Shown: positions 38,755-50,399 of the stretch, piece after piece
How the letters are laid out: each line of letters begins with the position of its first letter
Position numbering within the stretch: position 1 is the stretch's first letter
NCBI GenBank assembly: GCA_964252035.1
Contig: OZ176200.1
Length of the DNA: 64,000 nt
Strand: one strand, 5' to 3'
From: Podarcis erhardii
Taxonomy: Eukaryota
Made by a program: the position numbers and the translations under genes
Notes under the pieces: model-generated
Told to the model about the DNA's origin: nothing
Seen by the model: only the letters and a program-made list of their open reading frames with translations
Databases searched by the model: none

Positions 38755-39090
38755 TTAATATTTGTTGCTTTTTTCATAAAAGTGACTGAAAGCAGCTTGC
38801 GCTGTAAAAACCACCATTAAAAACAAATATAAGAAAAATAATAACATCACGGCATAAAATGCTCATTGTATATAAAAGAGCAGATCCAAGTCAATCTGCC
38901 CCACTAAAAATGTGAGTGGAAGAAGACACCACAAACATAGTTAAGTACTCTCCCAAATGAAGGGCCAAAAGCCTAGGAGAATAAAAAAAATGTTTTTGCC
39001 TGGGACCTAAAAGCAGATAACGCAACCAGGCATGCCTCCCTGGGGAAAGCACTCTACAAACGGGGAGCCACCACTGAGAAGGCTTGCTTC
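38755..39090 (-). mobile_element. L2 LINE 3' end fragment
   Basis: aaaagcctagg…tgtttttgcctgg…gcactctacaaacggggagccaccactgagaaggc; similar to 12645-12945. Confidence 0.55.
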
Positions 39091-41227
39091 AGTCTGGTCA
39101 CCCCACAAACTTAACCCAGCTTCTTCTCACAACTAGCACATCCTCAGCGAGCTATTTGAGGCACCACCTGACCCAGGAAAATTTTACCGTCGTTTTAGCT
39201 TTGAGCTCTTTCACTAGATCAGTTCTCAGCCTGTACCAGTAGAAATCGGGGTAAAAGGAATTTCCTAATAATTACTGGATTACCTCCCACTTAATAGTTC
39301 TTTATATTATAAAGAGGCCTGCAGAGCCCTTCTGGTGCCACAGGGTCCCCCCGCCATTTGACATTAGACTTGAAAGAAGCATTCTGTTGCACTTACTAAT
39401 AGAATGTAGCATGTGCTTGTGCTTAGTGCTCACAGCAGTTCTCAGGTTTGCAAATGATCCCAAAAGGGATGATGACCACCTGCTTTAGTGAGAATTTTGG
39501 AAGGCAAACATGTAATGAACAGCTGATCAATGACAGTACAGAGGAGGAATTGGGAAGCATTATGCAGAGAAAACACAGCAGGGCAGAGGAGTCTGGGTTG
39601 GGGGCCTGACCCGTTTTCTAAATGCAGTGGGATAAAACTTGGCCGAGCTTTTGAAACAAGCAGAATGCCTAACATGGTCACAGAAAACAAAGATGATTTA
39701 GTTACTTATCTTGTAAAATTTATGCACCTCTTGATTGTTAAAAAATACACACAAAAAAACCTCAGAGCAGTTTGAAGGCGGAGAAAAACTTGTCAAGAGG
39801 AGCCACAAACAAAAGTAATTCCCTTTCTATTGCCTGGCAGGTAACTGCGACAACAAGGTGTTGATAAACATTAGCAAGCCACTTATAGTGAAACTCAACT
39901 GGCGAGGTTTAAGCTACAAATTCGGAGCTTGGGGAAAGGACTTTGCTGTTGGAAACAAGAATCCTGACGCATACTGAGTTGCCCCACTCAACACAGACAA
40001 GCGTTTGTTGGAAGCCTACTGCATCTACAACTCCTATTCCGACCTGCTGCTCTACAAAAACCAAATAGAGAAAAGCCTTTCTCAATTTGTTGGGTTCACC
40101 TGGAACTACACTAACTGTGGGCAGGGAAGCGGAACTATTTTGTACAACAGCAGCTTCTATTACAACTGCTACAACTCCAGGAACCTGTGCAGGTTGGATG
40201 TGGCAACCAGTAAGGTCCACCGCAAGGCCGTTGAAGACGCCGTGTTCAACAACTGGTACGCTTATAGCGGAATCAATTGGCAGGACTTTTGATTTCTCCG
40301 GGGATGAGAATGGACTGTGGCTCATTTACTCCATGGAAAAAAACAAGGGGAAAATAATGATTGGGCAGCTGGATCCCAATACTCTGACAATAGTCAAGTC
40401 ATGGCAAACCTCACTGTACAAGCCTAAGGCAACCGGCACCTTCATGATCTGTGGGGTGATGTATGCCTTGATGCGGGTGACTGAACACAACGAGAAGATC
40501 TTTTACAAATATGACACTAACACAGCCACAGAAGGCTCTATGGACATCATCCTGGAAAAGCTCACAGGCACACCGCAAAGCATAAGCTACAACCCCAATG
40601 ACCACAACCTATACATGTACAATGATGGCTGCCTGGTCAGTTATGATGTGATATTCTGACGCGTAGCCCTGTTCCAAAAGAGGAGTGTGATCAGTGTGAA
40701 AGAGCCAGATACTTTTGCGATGGTCGGTAAAAACCACTTCAGCTCACGAGACTTTGCCATAGCCTGAAAGAGAAACAAGGCCAGGCACGCACAACATTTA
40801 CCTATTGGCAAATACATATTTTAAATGGTAAAAGTCTTGATTGTAAGGCCAGCAGGCAGTTTCTATCTTTAAAGGGTATAATTAAACAAGCCCTTTTCTT
40901 CACAGTGCAGTCAAGTGTCTACCTGTGTGAAGAGAACATGTCACAGGGTTGGCTGCTCTCACCATTGAACCTCCACTGCCTTTCCCTCGCACCAAATGAT
41001 TCTGGCAGTAACAGGATTAGGGCTTTGGTGTGGAATCTGCTATAGATCATGCCACTGAGTAACTAGGAGTTCATAAACAGCAGGCATACACCCTGAAATC
41101 ACCTTGCGTGTGTTGTGTTTGTGTGTGTCTGTCCCCTCCGGCTAGTTATGACACCTTTTGGGCCTCTCCTCAGGTGTTAACATTTGCCATCTGGAGGACA
41201 TAAGTTCCACAACACCTGAGCTTCACA

Positions 41228-41281
41228 TTTATTCATTTTCAAGAGTTGCATTGTAGGAGTTATGTTGGGTTGCTCTTTATT
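41228..41281 (-). terminator. Two candidate BCS1L polyadenylation signals
   Basis: TTTATT at 41276-41281 and 41228-41233 on + strand. Confidence 0.5.
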
Positions 41282-41430
41282 TTCTTTACAAAAAGGTGGC
41301 CTCACTGAGGTGGACATGTGGATAGCATCATCCTCATGATTATCTCATCCCACCTAAACAAATCCATGCATGCAAACAACCCTTTTCCTGGGGAAGCCAT
41401 ATGCAAAGCGGTCTCGGGGTTTGTTCAACA

Positions 41431-44400
41431 TCAGGATATAAGAGCTTGCACGTTCTTAAGGGCTGCGTCCGGATCCGCCTTGTATAGCATGAAGTGGCCT
41501 TGGACTTGCGCGGCACTGATCCGATCAGAGGCAGACACGGCCTGTTTGGCAAACTCCTCAGCCGCAGCTGCTGGCTGGTCTGGGTAGAACCTCTGGAACA
41601 TGCGCCCGAGCTGCCACTCTGAGCAGTACCCCACGTACTGCTTCAGGTCCACCCGGCCGGGCCGAACTAGTGCTGGATCGAGCCTGCAGGGAAAGAGGAG
41701 AAGACAAATGAGGCTCAGCAAATGCTCAGGTGGGAAATATGGTTCTCTATGCTCCTCTCACTTGGGGTATCATCTCCTTGTTCTCTCTCCAACCCCAAGA
41801 AGATACAGGGCTAGGGGAATCTGCTCTCCCCTTTATTTTTTTGAGCTCCTCTCTAAAAGAATATAAAGTAACAGTGCCTTGTAATTTAACTACACCCACG
41901 TCTTGCTGCACTCACCCATCATGCTCCTTTCTCCATACCTGCTAAGTTACCCATCCCCTCCTACAATCTCAGAGGAGCCTGCATGGAACCAGGAACAGTA
42001 AACAAGGACAGAACCAGATCTTCAGCTTCTGTGTTAAATGCTGCAAACCAGCATGACCAAAGGAGGCAGAAGTCCATATGTATATATACCCCAGACCACT
42101 CCCTAGCAAGCATGACCCCAGCATTACCCAAAGCCTTACCCAGCCAGTTTTAACTGGCTGACCCTGTCTGCTGAGCATTTGCTCTTCTACCCTGCACATG
42201 ACTCCTTCAGCACCAGGCTTACATGGCTGGCAGAGTCCTGTGCTTGTGGGAGAGGATGTGTCACAGGTCTTGGAGACTACAAGAGCCCCAAGATAAGATT
42301 CTCTTCCGTCTTCTCCTATAGTATCATCTTCTGGAACAGGAAGTGTATCTTCATTCCTGCTGCCTTCCTCCGTTTTATACTTAAAATAGTTACCAGCTGG
42401 TCCCCAGAAAGGCAGACTTTGCCTCATAAAGACAGCACTTCCAAGGGGTGGGACACAAACTGCCCTCCTCTGTTACACACTGCAATCTCCTTCTTGACTG
42501 AGTTACAAGGAAGCTCATGGAGTTGCCTTGTGTGAGCTAGGGATGGACGGATCAGTTTGTTTGGGGTCCATGTCCAAAGTGTTACAGGTGTTAAGTCTGC
42601 TCTGTTGCTTTTCCACTTTAAGATCTGTATTTTTTTAATTTAAAAAATCCATACAAAAATTCGTATTTAAAAATGCATTTTATTATAAATGCATATTTAA
42701 ATAGTATTTATCACAGGGTATGCATCTCTAAATTCATTTCCTCCTAAAAAAAAAAAAATATTAATGCATTTTGGGAACCAAGGACTGTATTGCAAAATTT
42801 GGAGGAGTGGGGAAGCTGAAGGATAATTGTGAATTCGTTTGGGAGGTACAAATTTGGCTAGCTTGCATGAAAATGCAGACAAAACAAAACTCTCCTCCAC
42901 CCCTAGCTTGTCTTCACCTCAAAAACACCAATGGAGACATCTTAGGCACTGTGTTACTTGAGGAATCCTTGGTCCCACCAAGGGAAGTGAACCCTTTGGA
43001 TTGAAGTGGCCTACCACCAAAGGGACTCCATTTGCAGGCTTCCTCCCAGCCACTGAGCAGTGAAGTAGGCTGATTTGCTGGAATACTGGTCTTCCTGTGT
43101 GTGTGTGTGTGTGTGTGTGTAGCTGTTTCCCTCGCAAAACAACAGTCCTGCTCCTGTCTGCGTTTGGGCTACCGAGGGATTCAAAAACCTGCCTCAGGGG
43201 ATACATAACTTCTCCTCGTGGCATGCTTTGGCACCGAATGTGAGAGGGTTGAGTGGAATGGGTTGGGCGAGGTTATCATGGTGTTAGTGTCCTCACCACA
43301 TGCCGGCTGGTGGTTTCAATGTGTCACCAGTGTGGGACTTCATGTTGTGAGGGGAAGGTGATGAAGGAATTTCTCTATGGGACTGTCAGTTGTTGCTACA
43401 TCGTCTCCTTCCCCTCCCCCTTTCCCCTTCCTACTTCTGTTACAACAGTTTTGATTTAGCTGCTAGAGGAATGTAGAATCCTAAACCACTGTAGACTCCA
43501 GCCTATCAGCCACTACCTTCCTTGGGTGCCATTAAATGATCATTCCCAAGCAAAAGGTTATCTTCAGCAGCTAACAACCTCTCTATCTGCCCCCATTTTC
43601 TGTGCAATGCTTCTGACCTGTCCACATAATTGGTGGTCATGAATACGATCCTTGCTTCGGAGGAAGCCACACCATCCAATGCGTTGAGAAGGCCACTGAA
43701 AGTCAGGCGTCCCATGCCTTGGTATGCGTTGGGGTCTGGAGGGAAACACAGCGGCACAGAGACAGCTCAGAGGGAGACATTATAGGTACAGTTGTGACCA
43801 AGGGCTGCCCAAATTCTGTCTAGGTTTATAGCCTTCCAGGGGAAGGGCAACAATCCCACTGTTGTGGTCTTATGTTACAGTAGTACCAGCTTTATGCTCC
43901 CTGCCTGATGTGCAGTGAAAACAAAACAAATTCCTTCCAGTAGCACCTTAAAGACCAACTAAGTCAGTTCTTGGTATGAGCTTTCGTGTGCATGCACACT
44001 TCTTCAGATACCTATCAGATACCTTCAGATGCTATCTGAAGAAGTGTGCATGCACACGAAAGCTCATACCAAGAACTGACTTAGTTGGTCTTTAAGGTGC
44101 TACTGGAAGGAATTTGTTTTGTTTTGACTATGGCAGACCAACACGGCTACCTATCTGTAACTGATGTGCAGTGGTTTGCGAAATGTTGCTGACACACTGC
44201 TGTCCAAATAGATACATGAAGGGGTCAGAGAAAATCATGCCACCTGGTGGCAAAATGCAAGTCGATAGAAAGCAGGACAATAAACAGTCAGGATCCTATG
44301 TCAAAAGAAGGCTGGCAAAAAGAAGTGCCTCTAGGATCTCTGCTGGCGAATCTCTTCCACAATGCAAAAGATGTAAACCTGTCCCCAAGCGCCTGTCTTG

Positions 44401-47400
44401 TTTCAAGTCTCTCTTTGTATATGGATAACTGATTTGGAATAGGTGTCACATTAAAGCCTGCAGATAATTATTTATCATTATATTTATTCAATCTATTGGT
44501 AGCTTGCTACGTAAAAAGTATCGAAGTAACTCACAAAGTTTTAAAGACATAAAGCAAAAAAACAACAACACTCAATAAGAAGAAGTATCTAAGTAACTCA
44601 CAAAATCTTAAAGACGTAAAGCAAAAAAAAAAAAAAAAATCAATAAGAAGAAAAGAGAGCAATACGTTGCAATTAAAAAGAAACTGTACAAAAATCCAGA
44701 GAACAGACACAGTAAAGCAGCAGGGGGGGAAACTTGGCAACAAAGCATATCATCCAGCAAATCATCACCATCTGTCAAATACCTGAGTTAAGTTTTTAAA
44801 GGTAAAGGTACCCCTGCCTGTACGGGCCAGTCGTGACCGACTCTAGGGTTGCGTGCTCATCTCACTCTATAGGCCGGGAGCCGGCGCCGTCCAAAGACAC
44901 TTCCAGGTCACGTGGCCAGTGTGACGAAGCTGCACTGGCGAGCCAGCACCAGTGCCGCACACGGAAACGCCGTTTACCTTCCCACTATAAAGTGGTACCT
45001 ATTTATCTACTTGCACTTAGGGGTGCTTTCGAACTGCTAGGTGGGCAGGAGCTGGGACCGAACGACGGGAGCTCATTCCGCCGCGGGGATTCGAACCGCC
45101 GACCTTACGATCAGCAAGTCCTAGGCACTGAAGTTTTACCCACAGCGCCACCCGCGTCCCGAGTTAAGTTTTTACCTGGTGCCAAAAGAATTTTAATGAT
45201 GGCCCCAGGAGGACCCCACTGTGAAGAGCATTCCACAAGTGGGGAGCCCTGACTGGAACACCCTCTTCCTTGTCACCACACTCCAGACCTCCCTCAGAGT
45301 GGGCATTAGTAGGAGGATAAAAAATCGAAGGGTCTGGGTAGGTTCATAAGGGAAGACATTTTCCAAAAGACATTGGTGTCCTGAGTCATTGACCCCTCTT
45401 TGTCAGCACCAGGTCACCAACCTGAATCCCATTGCAAAGTGCAGCTTGGAGGAAGGAGCTACTATTCAGCTCTCATTCCCCTCACTCTGAATAAACAATT
45501 AGCTTGGGAAAGTTGCTGCGGTGCAGCACTTAATCAGGATGCCCCCACAGAGTTACAACACAGGGGTGATGAACGCTTGGTCCCAGCTCAGTCAGAGGCA
45601 GCAGAAAAGGGCAGCCTGGAACAAAAGAGTGGGGAGGCGCCATCTGCCTGTCACTCACTTTCGGCAGCAAGATCCCGGCTGACGAAAGCAGCGTCCACGT
45701 CCTCCAGGAGGATGATGCTCTGTTGAGGAGCTACGCTCAGGAGGTGGTTAAGACGATCATCAGAGAGGCTGCGGTCGCTCAGGCTCAGGAGACAGATGCT
45801 GTACTGAAGTTCTCCAGCAAGAGCTGTGCTGTGATAGACAAAGGACAATGTTTCCACTGAAGAAAACTATGACAACACCTTGTGCAAAGGTGTAAGCTGT
45901 AGGGAGTGATTCCTGACCAGGAGCTACACAAGGTGCCCAGGGAGGTACCCTCAGAGACTGTATCCATGGTCAACAACTTTGAGAAAAGGGGGGTTTTGGG
46001 GGGGAAGGAAAGCTGAGGACATGGTACTCACATGAAACTGCTCTTTCCACAACCTGGGGGCCCGTACAGCAGGTATCCTCTCCGATAGGGGATTCCTACA
46101 GACAAAGAGGCTAGTCAAAAGGCAGAAAACTCAGCCTATTCCAACTTCTTATGAAATCTGAGCTACCATCATCACACCCAAGAATAAGAATGAGCTGATC
46201 GATGATTCCTTGAGCTCACCCCATAGTGGCCAATTCCAGCTGCTGATAAAGAAATATATTGCACAGGGCTCTGACAGAGTACCCAATTTCCTGCCACCCT
46301 AAAGGTTTAGGGCACCCTGAACAAAAGCACTACTTTAACCAACTTGGCAAACAGTTGATACAAAATATTGTGGCAAATGCCAGAAACTTAGTGAACGTTT
46401 GGTTTATCAGTACTTGGCTGTGCAGAGACTAGCCAGGACAGTCTCTTTCGTAGAAAGTAAGGGATAGTTCCTAATTCTCAAGGATTGGGACTATGCAGGG
46501 GCTGTTGTAGAGACTGCAATGAGGTAAGAAGAGGCTTCCCGCTGCACTCATAAGGAGAGAGAGGCATCATCACAGTTGGGAGTCCAAAGCAGGAAGAAGG
46601 CGCAGACAGTTTGGAAATGACAGGGATGCAGAAGGCAGCAGAGGTGCCTTTGTGCGCAATAGCAGAGGGCATTGAGAATGATAATCTGGGCTAAATAATG
46701 GGATATGCTGGCTCCGTAAGTGGCACCCCCCCTGCCTTAATTTAGCTCATAAAGGAAAAGCTCAGGTTGTGAGGGTATCTGAATGTCACTCCCTGAAAAG
46801 TAAACTCACCTCGATCAATGTACCACTTGGGGTTACCAGTGAACTCTTTCACATCCTGCACAATTCTCTCGGACACTCCTTTCTCAAGCACTACAGAGGT
46901 GAGCGGACGCCGTCGTCGTGGGAAACCAAATGGCCGCCATTCAGCCCCCATGGCTGTGTACATCACCGTCTTTCCTTCTTGCTGCCTCAGAGCCAATTCT
47001 TTGGCTGCAGAGAAAGGAACAAAGCTGGGGAAAGGGAGCTAACTGGTTAGAGAGCCAGTGTGGTGTAGTGGTTAAGAGTCTCGTAATCTGGGGAACCGGG
47101 TTCGTGTCTCTGCACCTCCACATGCAGCTGCTGGGTGACCTTGGGCCAGTCATACTTCTTTGAAGTCTCTCAGCCCCACTCACCTCACAGAGTGTTTGTT
47201 GTGGGGGAGGAAGGGAAAGGAGAATGTTAGCCACTTTGAGACTCCTTCAGGTAGTGATAAAGCGGGATATCAAATCCAAACTCTTCTAACTGCACATCTG
47301 GATACAGATGGGAAGGTGGTAGAGGGAAATTGCCTGTCTGCTAAATATAACAAAGAAGCAAGGAAGCATCACCAAAGAGAATGTGTCTATTTGGAGGATA

Positions 47401-48483
47401 GCCCCAGCTCTAAGTAGGGGTACTTAAGGAACTGGAGTTCTGTGAACTCTGATGCAGAGTGATATAATTTCTACCTCCTGGAATCAGGTGCAGAACAGAA
47501 CATAACTAGCCATCAGACTTTGGCCTTCTCTAAATTTTGAAATACAGTTTTCAGTTCAAAAAATGCCCAAAGGCATGCAAAATGCATAATTTGGAATAAA
47601 ATACATTTAGAAATCCATACAATGAGCTACAATCATAGTTATTTCATAAAAATATATTTAGGTATGTATTTAAACATGATTTTTTGCATATTTGTTTTTT
47701 AAAAATTGCAGATTAATGCAGAAACAGGATGGAATGGACTTACTAAAGAACACATGTAAAACAAACCTGGGCCCAGAAATAGACTGATCTATTCATCCCT
47801 AGTGCCAACATCATCATTAGATGTATTACCCACCCTTGCCAGCAGGCACCACTACAACCAAGGAGAGCTATTGTACCTTCCTGTAGGATGTTGAAGAAAA
47901 CTTCTCGGTTGCTACCGATTGCTGTGAAGGTGACAGATTCCCAGGGGGTGCCCGTATGCAGGTCAATCATTTGTTTCTCCCGGTTCCGTTCAATGCGGAT
48001 CCACTTCCTTTTATACCTGGAAGCAGAGCAGGGAACATGTGAACAGGAACTGGTGGTGGGGAGACAACTGGATGAGCAAGCGTGCACTATTCATGACCAC
48101 CACTTCCTTATTAGCCTTGCAATACTTCTGCCCATCCCAAAGACGTTCCATGGCCTCACTTACCAAATGAAATGGTTCCCAGGGCTGGGGATAAAGTCAA
48201 ACTTGGTACTGATACGGCCACTCTCATGCTGCAGGTATGAGGTCTCCACGCTCAGGTGCTGGGTGTGCTTTGCATGGTGAGAGATCCAGCTCAGCAGCCA
48301 GTGGTAACTCTTGTCCTTGCTTGGCACCTCTAGGGTGATCATACAATGCCGCCTGAAAGCCACCAAGCCAAGCTGTGCCCCTTTACGGGCCAGGGCCAAG
48401 GCTGTACCTACACCCACCAGGCCAAAGCCTGCTCCGAAGTATGGATTGTCCTTCAGGGCCGAGACAAAGTCAGAAAAGGGCAT
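41431..48483 (-). CDS. BCS1L: Mitochondrial AAA chaperone BCS1, 7 coding exons, 419 aa
   Basis: Exons 48483-48164, 48016-47877, 47004-46810, 46095-46032, 45828-45659, 43735-43618, 41683-41431. All GT-AG, total 1260 nt. [12 protein letters not shown] motif, Walker A GPPGCGKS, Walker B ILLEDVD, RPGR. Confidence 0.96.
42537..42906. mobile_element. Probable old non-autonomous DNA transposon
   Basis: Termini ctagggatgga / tccacccctag (10/11 complementary); AT-rich body resembling 47470-47760 in the opposite orientation. Confidence 0.4.
43973..44012 (-). ncRNA. Minimal type I hammerhead ribozyme motif
   Basis: GGTAT-CTGAAGA-A-GTGTG[CATG]CACAC-GAA-AGCT-C-ATACC: 5-bp stem I, full catalytic core, 5-bp stem II, palindromic stem III. 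Confidence 0.75.
44031..44070 (+). ncRNA. Minimal type I hammerhead ribozyme motif (one stem I mismatch)
   Basis: GCTAT-CTGAAGA-A-GTGTG[CATG]CACAC-GAA-AGCT-C-ATACC. Confidence 0.68.
44516..44650. repeat. Two-copy tandem duplication, period 67 bp
   Basis: aagtatc(g/t)aagtaactcacaaa…aaagac(a/g)taaagcaaaaaa…caataagaag starting at 44516 and 44583. Confidence 0.85.
44799..45160 (-). mobile_element. Sauria SINE (Squam1), full length, young
   Basis: Same subfamily as 15704-16065; perfect 14-bp TSD gagttaagttttta at 44785-44798 and 45161-45174. Confidence 0.95.
47045..47287 (+). mobile_element. Squam3-like tRNA-derived SINE
   Basis: ggttagagagccagtgtggtgtagtggttaagag…ggttcg…; short ctcttct tail; short ctaact(g) TSD. 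Confidence 0.9.
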
Positions 48484-48677
48484 TGTTGTGGGTGGGGAAA
48501 TAACTCCAGTGCTAAAGAGCCATTCCTAGCAGCATTTCTTCTAAACACCACAACAACACATGGAGAGGAAGAGAAAAAAACAACAAATTAATTATGAAGA
48601 TATGGGTGGCAAGTATATTGGTCACCTAACTACTTCTTCCAGAAGACGAGCTTTATTGACAAATTCTCTTTAACCTG

Positions 48678-48806
48678 GGTGTGAGGAACTTTGACCCTCC
48701 AGATGTTGCTGAACTACAACTCCTTCCCTGGCCATTGGCTATGCTTGCCGGGGCTGATGGGAGTTGGAGTTCAGCAACATCTGGAGAGCCAAAGTCTCAC
48801 CACACC
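48678..48806. mobile_element. Short palindromic MITE-like repeat
   Basis: ctccagatgttgctgaactacaactcc…ggagttggagttcagcaacatctggag internal inverted repeat. Confidence 0.65.
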
Positions 48807-49462
48807 TGCTTTAGCCTCTTCCATGCTACCTTATTTTAGCAAAATAAATACCCTGGCAGATCCCTCCCCACTGGAAAACCAGAATACAAGTAATTATGCA
48901 TACATACTCACAAATTCAGCTTCCCTCTCTATAGTAGTTTGAAAGATTGCAAAGCAAGGCTGCCGCCATTTTGGCTTGTGTAAAGAAAAGTGGATATTCC
49001 CTAGCTTGCTTTTGTCGGTGTAATCTGGAAAAATTGATGAAATTGCACTCTGTGCTTGGGCCGTGTCTTCAGCAGCCCATTCCCCATGCTGTTAAGTTAG
49101 CACACCGGCTTCACTGGGTGGCTTAAAATAGTCGAAGGCTAAATGCCTGGAGCGTCACTCATTCATCTTCTCTTTCTCTAATGTGTGTATGTGCAGAGAT
49201 GGGTGTAAAGCCAAGGCTGCAGCAGCATTGGCAGGAGTATGAGGTAGTCACTGAGAAGAGGTTTTGCTCGGTGCAAGGTACCAGCAGAGAAGCTGAAGGT
49301 TACATGCTGTGTGGTTCCCTATAGCATGCTGAGCTCGTTAGGATTCTTGCTCCGTGCTTGCAGTCATGGGATTGTTTTATGTTACATGACAGTGTATGTT
49401 TTCATTCCACAGTGTGGGAAGTGGCGGAGACGGAGCTAGTATGGTAAAGTTTTACTTCTAAT

Positions 49463-49703
49463 TAGTCAAACCTTGGTTGTCGAACATAATCCATTCTGGA
49501 AGACCGTTCAACTTCCGAAATGTTCGATAACTGAGGTGTGGCTTCCGATTGGTTGCAAAAGCTTCTTGCACTCAAGTGGAAGCTGTGTCAGATGTTTGGG
49601 TTCCAAAAAACATTCGAAAACCGGAACATTTACTTTCAGGTTTTCAGCATTTGGAAGCCAAAGCATATGGTAACGGAGGTGTTTGGGAACCAAGATTTGA
49701 CTG
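49463..49703. mobile_element. Tc1/mariner-superfamily MITE
   Basis: TIR (t)agtcaaaccttggtt / aaccaagatttgactg followed by TA. Confidence 0.75.
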
Positions 49704-50399
49704 TATAGTAGAATAGTTCATGATGTACCAGCATCTCTTAAAAGTTTATGTAGCTAGGGTGTTTATGCTTATCTTAAACACAATAAACACTTTATACTTT
49801 GAATTGAACTGAATGGGGAAGGAGTCTTCTTAACCAGGAATTCTATCTGCTTTCTCCACATCATGCATAATTTTATATAACATGTTCCCCTTTACCTGTT
49901 TTTTTCCTGAACTAACGTCCCCACCTCCACCCCCACCATTGTAGCTCTTTATCATAGGGAAGTTGCTCAATTTGGACTGCCCTTTTCTAGCTCAAATGCT
50001 TAGGCATGCCACCACAATCAAATTTTGAAAGGTCACTCAAAAGTAGCTTGTTGTGTGGCCCAGAAAGCTAGAGAAACATAACTCGGCAACTAGTTACTCC
50101 GCCAAATACATGGGGGCCGAATAGTAAATCATTCATGTTTTGCAGCTCATATTCACTTTGAATTTCTTCTGTTTGAGTTAGCGTTTTGTCTGCTCTGTGG
50201 AGCTTGCTGTTTATTTCCAATAGCATTTGTGGAAAGTAGAAACTGAACTGATGCTCTCTGAAAAATTTCATTACTTGTGTGTGTGTTTTTTTGGAAAGTC
50301 AGCCACATCCCAAATGTTGGTTGCTGCTCTGGAAACATCTGCCTACCACGACTAGAGATAGGAAAATTTATAATACTTTTCTCCACACTTTTAAAAGGG

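Larger units (their letters stand above)
35078..40659 (+). pseudogene. OLFM4-like olfactomedin pseudogene (intron-containing; exon 1 not located)
   Basis: Exons 35078-35251 (CICSIELPDTTFP…EEEASK, intact), 36486-36699 (214 nt, +1 frameshift), 38476-38645 (EKFDENNVLLTHREI…, frameshift), 39841-40659 (NISKPLIVKLNWRG…GAWGKD…Y*VAPLNTD…GQGSG…DENGLWLIY…FMICGVMY…SYNPNDHNLYMYNDG). TGA at 39975-39977 replaces W in YWVAP; extra T at 40287-40290. Splice sites are GT-AG, and the exon boundaries fall where I recall those of OLFM4. Confidence 0.88.
43918..44160. mobile_element. Penelope-like-element-type insert: inverted pair of terminal repeats carrying hammerhead ribozyme motifs
   Basis: Perfect 93-bp arms at 43918-44010 and 44033-44125, 22-nt spacer, 35-nt unique tail; perfect 13-bp direct repeat ctgatgtgcagtg at 43905-43917 and 44161-44173. 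Confidence 0.8.

Noticed and set aside
43918-44125. Palindrome as a miRNA precursor or a TIR DNA transposon
   Set aside because: The arms are perfect and long, the insert has an asymmetric tail, and the 13-bp TSD and hammerhead core fit a retroelement terminal repeat better than TA/8-bp-TSD transposons.
48343-48345. BCS1L Cys at the position I recall as Tyr47 in human (RRHCM vs RRHYM)
   Set aside because: A single substitution at a position not invariant across eukaryotes; significance cannot be judged without an alignment.
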